Origin: an uncultured virus (IMG/VR IMGVR_UViG_3300010885_038586)
Taxonomy: Duplodnaviria > Heunggongvirae > Uroviricota > Caudoviricetes
Virus record (IMG/VR): IMGVR_UViG_3300010885_038586
DNA: 64,000 bases
Strand: one strand, 5' to 3'
Shown here: piece by piece, positions 27,854 through 38,600 of the stretch
Position numbering within the stretch: position 1 is the stretch's first letter
Layout of the letters: each line of letters opens with the position of its first letter
Program-made: the position numbers and the translations under genes
The notes under the pieces: model-generated
What the model was told of the DNA's origin: nothing
What the model saw: the letters and a program-made list of their open reading frames with translations, nothing else
Database searches by the model: none

Positions 27854-28254
27854 TGAAACTCTTCCTCCCCAATGGCGCTGAACACGAAGTGCCCAAAGAA
27901 ACCAAGCCGGTCCCCGGTCTCTCCGACGTGCCGGAAAGCGCGCAGCCTTACGACTACGCCGCCGAGGCCGCCCAGACCGCGCTGTCCTGCTGGCAAGATG
28001 AAGACACCAAGGACATCCCCTGCAACCCGGTGCTCGCTGAAGCGGTTGCCAAGCGCATCGCCTTCTTCATGCAAACGGCTGGTCGGGCCTACGAGGGTGC
28101 TGCGTATTACCGTGGCATCATCGACCAGTGCGGCGCTCACATCGGCATTGAAGTCTTCACCGCTGACGACGGTGCCATTCAAGAAGACGTGCTCGCGGCG
28201 AAGTTGCCGGGGTTGGTGAAAACCTTGGCGAACCGACCACTTACTAGCTGCTGA
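27853..28254 (+). CDS. Hypothetical protein
   Basis: TGATG overlap. Confidence 0.7.
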   Translation: MKLFLPNGAEHEVPKETKPVPGLSDVPESAQPYDYAAEAAQTALSCWQDEDTKDIPCNPVLAEAVAKRIAFFMQTAGRAYEGAAYYRGIIDQCGAHIGIEVFTADDGAIQEDVLAAKLPGLVKTLANRPLTSC

Positions 28255-28260
28255 CCTTCT

Positions 28261-28503
28261 ATGGAAAATCACAAATCTCCGTACGGATCGGCTCTTTGGG
28301 TAAGCAGTGATGGGAAGACATCGTGCCGGTGGGATCTTGTCGCCACAACAAAGTTCTACGAGAACTGCGAATCCAGAGTCACCCAGCGTGATTTTCCTGG
28401 CACTCCTGACATGCCAATGTTCTTAGTCGATAAAGTTGAGTGTCTCTACCAAGATGCGCTCGATGCTTTTGCCTCTTGGAAGCAATACCACAAAGTGCCT
28501 TGA
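28261..28503 (+). CDS. Hypothetical protein
   Basis: Fills the gap in the operon. Confidence 0.6.
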   Translation: MENHKSPYGSALWVSSDGKTSCRWDLVATTKFYENCESRVTQRDFPGTPDMPMFLVDKVECLYQDALDAFASWKQYHKVP

Positions 28504-28507
28504 TACT

Positions 28508-30850
28508 GTGAAAATCTCCCTCCTCCACGCAACTCGTCGCCCCGAAGCCGCCAAGAAGTGTCAACAGTTTTGGCTGGACCGCGCCGAGGACCGCGCAAAC
28601 GTCGAGATCATCACTGCCATTGACGCGGGGGACGAGGCTTGCCGGGAGGCTTTCCCAGATGCCGCCGTCTCCACGGGCGAAGGCGCTTGCGCTGCTTGGA
28701 ATGAAGCCGCCAAGCACGCAACCGGCGACATCCTAGTAGTACTGGACGACGACTGGGAATGTCCGCACGGCTGGGACGAGTTGATCGTGTCACTCATGTG
28801 CAATGGTGCCGACATTCTGCACGTCGGCGACAAGCACCGGAAAGACGACCTGATCTGCCACCCCATCATCTCGCGCCGGTTCTACGATACCATCGGGTAC
28901 GTCTGGCACCCAGGATTCAAGTCCGTCTATTGTGACAACTGGTTCACCACCATGGCGAGAGAATGGGGATACGTTGACGCAACTGAAGGCGGCACCGTAA
29001 ACCTGGGGTTTCTGCATGCCAACCCGTCCCAAGGTTACGGGCAGGAGGACGATGTGGCCCGCATCAGCAACTCCGGTGAACGCTACGCCCACGGCAAAGC
29101 CGTCTTTGACCAACTCACTCGGAACAACGTGGTGCTGGCCTTCACCGCCTACAACCGGGTGGACTTCCTCAAGCGCAGCCTCGACTCGTGGCGGCACACC
29201 AACCTGAACCTCGTCACCAGCGTCCAATTTTTCATCGAGCCGAGCGACCAGCTTGCCGAGATTCTGGAAGTCATCAGCATATTCAAGGCGCTCTGCCCAG
29301 TGCCAGTGATCGTCCACGTCAACTCTGAGAAATATGGTGTCCTGCGTAACCCGTGGGAGCTTTTCGACAACTTGTTCAACAAGCAGTTAGCACAGTTCGT
29401 GATCCTCGGCGAAGACGACTTTCTGGTATCGCCCGATACCCTCGACTTCTTCGAGGCGATGCGCGGTCAGATGAACGACGCGACCATGGCGATCTGTGCC
29501 AAGTGGGTTGGAGCCGGTGCCAACCGTGAGCCTGCTTCGTGGCACCGCACCAACGAGTTCACCGGCAACGTCTGGGGCACTTCAAAGCAAGTGTGGAACT
29601 CCTTTCTGCGCGACACCTGGGACTTCGATTACGGCAGCGGCACCCCTGACGCTCCGGAGTCGGGGTGGGACTGGAATATCGGTCTGCGCGTCATGCCCCG
29701 CAACGGGCTGCATTGCATCGTGCCCACGGCCTCACGGTCCTACCACATCGGCACCGTCGGTGTTCACTGCACCGAGGAAGACTACCAAGCTACCACCACT
29801 CACAACTTCGTGTCAGCGGAGTACAAGGGTGCCTACGTCGGCTGCTCTAAAGGCGTGTCAGAGTTGCGCGTCTCCAGCACAGGTGATCTCGGCGACATCG
29901 TGGTGATGCTCGCCACTTTGAAGGCGACTGGCAAACAGTGCGACGTGTGCCTGCGCAACGCACCCAACACCGCTGGCATCCTGCACCGCGTCCACCTCAT
30001 CAAACCATTGCTGGAAGCACAGCCCTACATTGGCAGCGTCAACGTCTGGAAGGATGAAGAGTTGCACTGGGAGTCTGAGAAGTTCCGCCACTACGGGTAT
30101 ATCAACAACGGGCTGAACCTCGCGCACAACCACGCCCAGGCGGCAGTGCAGGATGGCTTCATCTCCGAGTTGCCGGACGTGCGCAACCCCTGGCTCACCG
30201 TCGAACCGGACACCCGCTACGCGGATCGCGTCATCGTCAATCGCAGTTTCCGCTACAACAACGACAGGTTCCCGTGGGCCAAGATTGTAGAGCACTACGG
30301 CGGGAGGATTCTGTTCATCGGTCTGCCCGAAGAGTACGTCACTTTCTGCGAGCGGTTTGGTGCCGTGGTGCATTATCAGCCCACCAAGGATCTGCTGGAG
30401 GTCGCGCAGATCATCGCAGGCTCTGCACTGTTCATCGGCAACCAGTCCTCCTGCATGACTGTGGCAGAGGGGCTGAAGCATCCGCGCATTCAAGAGGTGT
30501 GCCTGACGCAGCCGGACTGCATCTACCCGCCCGGCACTGGTGCGCAGTATGTCGCCGACGGCAACGTCCGGTTGCCTGATGGCACGGTGCTCAAGGGCAA
30601 TCGACCACCCGCTGAGAGGAAAACCGCCGTCACGCCACCAGGCGGATGGAAGTATCCCGGCCACGACACGCTGCCCATCTTCGAGGTGCTGGTGAAAATA
30701 GTTGCCAGAGGGGAGAATCTCACTAATGAGGAAGCAGCCAACCGCGTGTACGACGCCAACGTTGAACGCTGCCCCGAGTTCTTCACCGACCGCACTTTGC
30801 GGATGGAGCTTCAGAAGTTTAATCGCGCACTTGAACAATACCCAGCATGA
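28508..30850 (+). CDS. Multidomain glycosyltransferase (GT2-like + GT-A + GT9-like)
   Basis: AWNEAA..ATGDILVVLDDD; AYNR...LGEDD; GDLGD...DLLEVAQIIAGSALFIGNQS. Confidence 0.85.
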   Translation: MKISLLHATRRPEAAKKCQQFWLDRAEDRANVEIITAIDAGDEACREAFPDAAVSTGEGACAAWNEAAKHATGDILVVLDDDWECPHGWDELIVSLMCNGADILHVGDKHRKDDLICHPIISRRFYDTIGYVWHPGFKSVYCDNWFTTMAREWGYVDATEGGTVNLGFLHANPSQGYGQEDDVARISNSGERYAHGKAVFDQLTRNNVVLAFTAYNRVDFLKRSLDSWRHTNLNLVTSVQFFIEPSDQLAEILEVISIFKALCPVPVIVHVNSEKYGVLRNPWELFDNLFNKQLAQFVILGEDDFLVSPDTLDFFEAMRGQMNDATMAICAKWVGAGANREPASWHRTNEFTGNVWGTSKQVWNSFLRDTWDFDYGSGTPDAPESGWDWNIGLRVMPRNGLHCIVPTASRSYHIGTVGVHCTEEDYQATTTHNFVSAEYKGAYVGCSKGVSELRVSSTGDLGDIVVMLATLKATGKQCDVCLRNAPNTAGILHRVHLIKPLLEAQPYIGSVNVWKDEELHWESEKFRHYGYINNGLNLAHNHAQAAVQDGFISELPDVRNPWLTVEPDTRYADRVIVNRSFRYNNDRFPWAKIVEHYGGRILFIGLPEEYVTFCERFGAVVHYQPTKDLLEVAQIIAGSALFIGNQSSCMTVAEGLKHPRIQEVCLTQPDCIYPPGTGAQYVADGNVRLPDGTVLKGNRPPAERKTAVTPPGGWKYPGHDTLPIFEVLVKIVARGENLTNEEAANRVYDANVERCPEFFTDRTLRMELQKFNRALEQYPA

Positions 30851-32031
30851 AAATCTGCATCCCCGCATCCGCCCACGACAAACACCTCCTCGCCGCCCAA
30901 GCTGACTGCCTGCTCAAGTGCGGCGGATTGGAGGAGCACACCGTCCACTACTTCCCCACCTTGTCCGCCAAGGAGGCTGCCTACGAGGCTGCCGAGAAGC
31001 TGGGTGCCGAGGTCCATCCGTTTGACCGCGACTTCCCCGGTGGCGCTCCTGTCGCCTGCAACAACCACTTCGCCATGGTCGTGGATGCCCTCGGCAAGAT
31101 GGGCAACGCCGAGCCGTTCCTGGTGATGGAACCAGACATGCTGCCAGCGCCTGGCGTTCACCGCTGGGCTGATCGCCTGTTGGAGGACTACCGCATGCGC
31201 GGCGCTCCGTTCATGGGCAACGTCGTGCCGACGCCGTTCAACGTGGTCGGGCAACTGACCTACGCCGACGGCGACACCATGATGATGGGCTGCGGCATTT
31301 ATCCTCCGTTCATGGAGAAGGACGAACGGATCAAGCCTCTTATCAAAGACCTGTCCATGCCTGAGTGGATGAACCCCAAAATCCCGTGGGACATCTACCT
31401 GCGCTGGGTGATCAAGAACATCGGCGTGTCCGACACCCCGCTCATCGCCGACATGTGGGCGACCGAGAAGTACCGACTCACTGCCAAAGGCATCGAGTGC
31501 CAGTCAGTTGACCATGGCGAGAAGGTCGTGCGCAAGCGTGGCGGCGTGGTGCCCAAGGAAGCTCTGCTGATCCACGGCTGCAAGGATGGGACGCTGGCGC
31601 AGATTGTGTTGGGTCAGGGTAAGCCTGCCGTTGGCGTTGAAGGTATTGACGATTCCGATCTGAACGCCCCTCGCGGACCTTCTGGCTTATCATCAGACGA
31701 CGATGACTTCTGGGGCGACGACAAACAGCCTGCACAGTCCGAACCGGCAGAGCCTGCCACGGTTATCCCCGTGGCCGCGCCCAAGCCGAAGGCCGAGCCT
31801 GCGAAACCCAAAGCACCGGCACCAGTAGAAGCGCCCAAGGTGGTCGCCCGTTGCACCGTCACTCGCGGTGACATCGAGAAGGCCATGGGTGGCGAATCCA
31901 TGCGTGCCAGCGCCCTTGCCGACAAGCTGGGGGTGAAGATCGAAGACCTGATCGGCACGTTCGCCACGAACGGCTACGTCGTCGCTGCCGCTGGGTGGGT
32001 GAAAAGCACAATTCCGATCACTGCCGACTAG
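30847..32031 (+). CDS. Putative GT-A-like protein with acidic DFWG linker and C-terminal HTH-like domain
   Basis: FLVMEPD, G.GIYP, P(W)D.YL, LIHGCKDG; SDDDDFWGDD. Confidence 0.7.
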   Translation: MKICIPASAHDKHLLAAQADCLLKCGGLEEHTVHYFPTLSAKEAAYEAAEKLGAEVHPFDRDFPGGAPVACNNHFAMVVDALGKMGNAEPFLVMEPDMLPAPGVHRWADRLLEDYRMRGAPFMGNVVPTPFNVVGQLTYADGDTMMMGCGIYPPFMEKDERIKPLIKDLSMPEWMNPKIPWDIYLRWVIKNIGVSDTPLIADMWATEKYRLTAKGIECQSVDHGEKVVRKRGGVVPKEALLIHGCKDGTLAQIVLGQGKPAVGVEGIDDSDLNAPRGPSGLSSDDDDFWGDDKQPAQSEPAEPATVIPVAAPKPKAEPAKPKAPAPVEAPKVVARCTVTRGDIEKAMGGESMRASALADKLGVKIEDLIGTFATNGYVVAAAGWVKSTIPITAD

Positions 32032-32618
32032 CTTTCCCGCATCCAGCAATGCTCCCAGTAGTCCGGCTGTTTCCCCAGCTTCTGATCCACGGCCTTGAGC
32101 ACGTCCACCGGGTAGTAGGTCTTGGCGTCTATCTGACAGCCGCAACTCTTGCACCCGCGCTTGTGAAACTCCGCTGGTCGGTGAATCCGCCGATTCCCCA
32201 GTAATTCGGTCAACATTCGCGTGACCCAGCCACATGGGAACACGCAGGAGACGTAGCCCAGCTTGGGACAGGTGAGGCAAATGTCAGCGCGTCGGGCGTG
32301 CTCCTCCTCGCTGACCAAGTCGTGACCGACCTGCTCTTGCAGCGTCAGCAGGAACCGCCGCACGTCATCGCCGGTCATCGGGATCTCGGGATTCTCCACG
32401 TCGATGCACTCAATGGCGGGGTTCTGGCTGCACAGTTCATCCAGCACCACAATCTCCCAGCCGCTCTCAATGGAGATGCCGTTGGCCTGTCGCTGCGCCC
32501 GCACCTGCTGCAACAGCACCATGAGGCTGCTGCTGGCAAAGGGCACGCCGGTAATCGGGTCGAGGTATTTCCAGCCGCCGCCTGGCGGGGTTACGGCTTC
32601 GTTGGCGGGGCGTTTCAT
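32028..32618 (-). CDS. Cys-rich hypothetical protein
   Basis: RRADICLTCP...CKSCGC...CW; N-terminal PPGGGWKY. Confidence 0.8.
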   Translation of the reverse strand: MKRPANEAVTPPGGGWKYLDPITGVPFASSSLMVLLQQVRAQRQANGISIESGWEIVVLDELCSQNPAIECIDVENPEIPMTGDDVRRFLLTLQEQVGHDLVSEEEHARRADICLTCPKLGYVSCVFPCGWVTRMLTELLGNRRIHRPAEFHKRGCKSCGCQIDAKTYYPVDVLKAVDQKLGKQPDYWEHCWMRES

Positions 32619-35600
32619 TTGACGGGGATGGCCTCCAGCATGGCGCGGCGTCGTGCATTTTCAACCTTCTTGTCGATGATGCTCTGGACGTGCTTGCGCT
32701 GCACGTCGTTGGCAATCTTCGGAACGGAGGTGACAAGCTCCTGCACTGCCGCCTTGGTGAGTTCACCGGCACGCCTCTTGAAGGTGTAGTTCTGCTCGGG
32801 CGTGAACAGACCATTCTCCATCGCTCCAAGCTCAATCGCCCGGCGCTTGATACGGTCGTGTGCTTCCTTCGGCAGGTACTTACCAATCTCGATGGTCTGC
32901 TCCATGCCGGGGATGTGCAGGTCGTTGCGCCCGAGGTAGTCGGCAACGGCGTGCGGCTCACGGTGGGTGGTGATGCGGCGGAGGATGGGATAGCCATCCA
33001 TCTTGATAGGTTCGCCAAACACGTTGAGGTCTGGCTTGGTGCCGTAGCTCTTGGCGAAGGGGATGTCCCGCAGTAGCGCCGAGGTGAGTGAGTCGCTGGA
33101 CACCTTATTAGGGTCGAAGATGGTGTTGATGTCGCGAAGCAATCCCTGTGCAGGCAGTAGCCCCTTGGCAGCGTTGACCGGGATGTCCGACATTTTTTTG
33201 TCCGACGCTTGGAACATCACCGACTCCATGGCGGTGTCGAGAGAAGACATCACACCTTGGTTGAGGAACCCCTTCACTGACGTTTTCAGGATGTAGGCCA
33301 GACGCTGCGCAGAGGTCTTCTTGTCCATGTTCTTGTAGCGCATGGCGTCCATGGCGCTGCCCGCTGCGGCGAACATCATGCCAAAAGGCATTTCAGAGAA
33401 TTTGACATAGTGGTCGCCCATCTTGACTGAGTAGGGAACCCAGCCTTTCGGCATCTGCGCCCGCTTGGTCTTGCTCTCCGGTCCCCAGCCGTACACCATG
33501 AAAGGCACATCCTCGTCGGGGTCGTCCTTGTGAGCGTGCGCCAGGGCGTACATGATCGCGGCGGCAGCCATACCGGCGACGGCAGCCATGGCGCGTTCAC
33601 GGCGCTCCATCTGGTCGAACTGAACAGTGCCTTCCTTAAAATCGACTTGGCCGTTCCAAAGACTGCCCGCTTTCACGTCCGAGAGATGACCACCGAGGAC
33701 AGCACGCGCCAGACCAACGGGGGTGTAGTCCAACGACTGCTCGAACAGGTTAGAGACGATCTTGTTGAAGGGGATGAGCAACTGTCCCACCGGGAGGCCG
33801 AGGATGTTGAGTTCCTTCTGGAAGGCATCGACGAGTTTGCTGATGAACTTGCCAGAGCCTTCCGGTTCCTGCTGAAGCACGATGCGGTCGGCGAAGCGGT
33901 TGCCCGCTTTGGTGCCACTCGCGGCTCGGCGGGCATTGCGTGCTTCTCGGGCCATGCGGTCCACGGTGAGCAGGGCAGGCGTCTGTCCAGCGTCAATGAG
34001 CGTCTGACGTGCCGCACGCAGGTCTTCCTCGATCTGCGCGGTGTCGCCGCCAAGGCTATCAATGAACGCTTTGTAAAACTCTTCGGGGCTGCGCTTCTCA
34101 CCCGACTCCTTCTCCTGCTCCAGCAGAGCGCGGTGAGCGGCAAGGTAGGCATGCCCTTCGCGAGCGGTGTTCCAAGCCAGAGCGTCAATGGCCTGCATGA
34201 TGCGGAAGACATAGCGCATACGAGTTCCCGCGCTGGCGATGTAGGCGACCCACTCAGGCAGCGTGGATGGGCCTTTCTTGCGCAGAAGCTCCAAGGCATT
34301 GACAATGTTCTTGTCGCCATATTTGGACACCTTGTAAAGTCCGCGTCCCTGCATGGCGGCTTTGGCTTCTTTCAACCCCGTGCTGAGACCTTCGCCGAGT
34401 GCGCCTTTGAGGTAGGCACCGGCGCTGCGTGGGTTGGAGATGGCGTTGAACAGCGAGCGCGGCACGAAGTTGAGCAGGTTGCCCAGCATACCCATACCCT
34501 GCGTAGAAACACCTGAAAGGATGTTCGCGTACCACGCGGAGAGCAGCACGTCGCGAGCGGCAATGCCTTTCCACAGGCCAAGCTCCTCATCGAGGTCTTG
34601 CTGCTTGTCGAGACGGGCCGGACCTTTGGGCAGCGCATTGATTTCGCGGACCAACTTCTTGATCCTGGTCTGCTGCTCGGCACTCAGCGGTGGCAGCCCA
34701 AAGGCTTCACCGAACGCATCGAAAAAGGCTTGGTCGTCGAGAGCACCAGCAGTGTCGGCGGTAAACAGAGCTTTCAAAGACTTCTCGATCTTCTCACGCG
34801 GAGCGCGGAGCTTCGGCTTGAGAGACTTCATAAGCTGCTGCACGGCACGCTCGGCGTCTTTGATCTTTTCGGCAGCAGCAATCTCTGTGCGAAGCGCGGC
34901 AGCAGCTTTGTCCAGTTGCTCGGCGGTGGCGCGATCCACGTCGAGAGCGACCAGCTTGTCCACGAAGTCGGGGACTTCCTTTTTCAAGTGCTCGCCGACG
35001 AGGGCGGACACGGGGTTCTGGTCAGGTTTGCCGCGCTGCGGTCCCGCCATCTTCTCGCCAATGCGATTGATGGCTTGCTCGGCGACACCTTGATTGCGCA
35101 ATGCCTCCACGAAGGCGGCACGGTGCTCGGCCACACGGCGGCGAGCCTCTACGGCTTCACGCTGGGCCAGCCATGCAGTGTGCTTGTTGCTGGTGATGAA
35201 GTCGAACGCGGCACCCACCTCATCGCGAAGCATGCCGAGGTTGCGCTGCACCGTCGGGTCGTTCGGATCGGTGAGCAACCCTTCGATCTTCTTCATCACG
35301 GCGTCCACCACCTTGGAACGAGTAGCAGCAGGACTCTGGTTAGTGTCGAACAACTTCGTCCAGTCCACCTTCAAGTCTTTCAACTCAGCGTTGATGGCGC
35401 GGCGCACGGAAGCACCCGAGGCGATGTTGGTGTACATCTTGGAGGTTGCCTCCTCCCACGCTTGTTGCAGCGTGGCTCGGCGCTCGGGGTCGGGGATCTT
35501 CGCCAACTCCTTTTGCATTTCTGCATCAGCGGCGGCGATCTTGTCGAAGCGCAATTCGTCGCCACTGACCGAGCGCACCATCTTGTCGATGTCGGTCATC

Positions 35601-38600
35601 TGGTTGCTGGCGTTCTTGGCGACCAAGCCTTGAGCCTCCATCACTTTGCGCAGCATGTCGGATAGGGCACCCTGGATGGACTCGTCGAACTCGGCCAACG
35701 GTCCTTTGCCGTCACGCGGCCCGGCAATCATCTGGAAGAAGTTGCGCACCAATGCCTCACCTCCTTTGTTCATGCGCTCGCGGAATCCGGCCTGCGGGAA
35801 CAGAGCCTCGATGAGCTTCTTGGCGTCGATGTCGTGCTGCTGGTACGCTTTGATTGCCGCGAGAATTGCCTTGCGGCGTTCTGGGGAAGTGGACTCCCTT
35901 GCCAGACGGCGCAGTAGGGCGATCTCGCTTTCCACTTTTTCAACCGGAACGTCGAAGTTCTGCCCCACCTTCTCACGCACCGCGTCGTTGTACTTCCGCG
36001 TCATGCGGCGAAGGAAGCCTTCAGGCGTCAGACGGCGAAACACGTTGAAAATGTTGAGCGTGCGACCGGCCTCCTCGGCCATCTTGTCGATGTTGAGATT
36101 AGCGTCAGCTTTGAGGTTCTTGAACGAGTCAGGGTCAGAGGCGATGACGCCGGAGAGCTTGGCAGCTTCGTCGGTCATCTCGTCGAGCAGCAACTGCTGG
36201 TTGCCCTCTTCGAGGTTCGCCAAGATGTCAGTCTGCTGGGCAATGAGACCGGTGCCAGCCGCACGCACTTCTGGCGGGATGCTGGTGTCAAGGCGGAAGC
36301 GGTCAAGTGCAGCACGGCGACCCTTGATAGGTCCATCCACTGCGACACTCTCGCCGATAATGCTGCGAGCCTTGGCAAGCGTCTCTTCCTGCGTGCGCTT
36401 CTCTTGCAACGTGATGTCGGCAGGCGTGGTGTAGGTCGATCCGATGGCGGTGGGTTTCTTCTGGTAAAGCTGCTTGCCTTCGCCATTGGCGGGTTCGGCC
36501 TCGCCGCCGATGTCGGTCGTGCTGGGTGGCTCAACCTGACTCAGCACCGGACCCCGTGGCAGCGGCTTGCCGTCCAGCGCGGCTTCGAGATCAGCCAGTT
36601 GTTTCTGAATCAGGTCTCCGGCCATGCCCGAGCGGAAGATGTCCTGCACCCCGCGCAAGGCGTTGATGGTGTCGGTGAGCCACTTCTCCAACATGTTGCG
36701 GAACTTCTTCCAGCCGGTCTCGGTGGTGAAGTCCTGACGCTTGAGCTGGGTGAGCTGGCGGCGTAGTTCATAGAGGTAAGCCGATGGGGGGAACACCTTC
36801 TCACCTTTTTCGTCCCTTTCTTCCAAACGTCTTACCAGACCGGGGAGGCCCTCCACCGGTTCGTTGTGGTACACTTCCCACGAGGCCAGCATAGCATCCT
36901 CAATCTTCTGAGCGGCAGCAGGGTCGGTCCGTTGCAGGTCCCTGCGCGCTTGGTTGATCTGATTGAAAGTGTGGAGTGCTTCGCGGTTGGAGAAGCCCTC
37001 GTAAGTGCCGGGGCGACCAGCAGCATCCCAGCGCCGGAATGCGGCCACCTTGTCCGCAGCATGAATGATCTCCTCCTGCGCCACGTCGTACGCGTAGTTG
37101 AACAGGTCGCGGGATTCCGCGCCATTTTCTATGGCTTCGCGGATTCGCTCGGAGTGGTCGTAAGTGAGTACCAACTGGAGTCGTCCCTCGGGACCCACAA
37201 TGCCTCTTGCAGACGCAGAACCTTCATCTCCTCGTGTGAATAGTATCCCGCCGACACCCCGAAACGCTGCGCGTAATGAGTGCTCTGCTGCGAGATAAAC
37301 ACTTCGGATGAGAGAGTTAACCGCCTTAATTTTCTGCTCTGGCGTGTAGTTTTCCCAGTCACTCTCTGCCACTGCTGCGGAAACCGCTTTTTCGCGTCCG
37401 GCGTCAAGCCGCGCCAGAAGTGACGCAGCATCCCCGCTGCCCTCTGCCTTGGCGACCGAGGCTCCGGCTCCTCGTACTCCTTCAGGAAGATCACTTCTTC
37501 CTCCTCGCTGTTCGTCGGACTGGGATGGGTGGATGGGTGCTGCATAAAGCGTGCTGTTGCTCTCAGGATTGAACCGCTGGCTCAACGGAATCACGTTGCC
37601 CTCGGCATCGCGGGTGATGGGGTCGGCGGATTTGATCTGGTTTCCATTCTTAACTAGAACGGCCCAATGTTCGCCGCCGTCATTGTTCATGTCCTCAAAC
37701 TCAATAGAGTCGTATCCTTTTGACCAAACAGCATCACGAACTGGTTGTTTATTCAATTCAGTAAAAGTGTATGGGGAGTCAGCTTGAATGCCCGACACTT
37801 TTTCTAAAAGTGGCTTCCCTCCGCCTGCCCACAAGTCTAAAGACTTGCCTTTCTTGTAGAATACACGCCGAATTATTTGACTGTTTGTAGAATACTGTTC
37901 CGCCGTTTCTGGTGAGTCGGTCAGATAAGAATTATCGGGAGTTTGATCTTCGCCAGCTCGCCAATATCCATCGGTAGAAACTTTATACCCAGCAGCCTTC
38001 GCCGCCGCATCCACCATCGCCTGCTGCTTGGCGGCATCGCCGTCACGCACGGCCTGCATGTATTCGGCGTCCTGTTCAGGCGTCACGCCGTTCTCCGCCA
38101 AGCTCGCCGCCGTCCCCGGCACCAACATCTCCACGCCAGCACCGCCAACCGCAAACGGCTTGGCAACGTTGACAGTGCTCTGCTGCTCCACCGTCGCCAT
38201 GATAGGCTGCCCCTTGGCAACGCGGTCAAGCAGCCGGTGGTGCCCGTCGATAAGGCGGTACTTGCCGCTCGGCAGTTGCAGAACGTGGATTGGCTCATTG
38301 GACTTTTGCGCGTCTTGCCAGCGTTTATTGTTCGCGGCCTGATCTTGCTCGGCCACGGCTTGGTCTTCGGGGATAGTCTCGATTTGAGAAGGGTCGATCT
38401 CAATAACAGGACGCCTCGGCTTCGAGTTGAACATACTAGACAACCCTTTCGGCTTCTCTGCGTTCCCGCCACGCATCTTGGCGGCGGTGTCGGCTAGAAG
38501 GTCGGCGGGGGAACGGTAGCCCTCGGCGCGGCTGGCGGCAGAAAGGTGGTGCAGATCTTCTGAGTCCAACCAATCCCTGCCTTCTTGGGTTGCGACCGGC

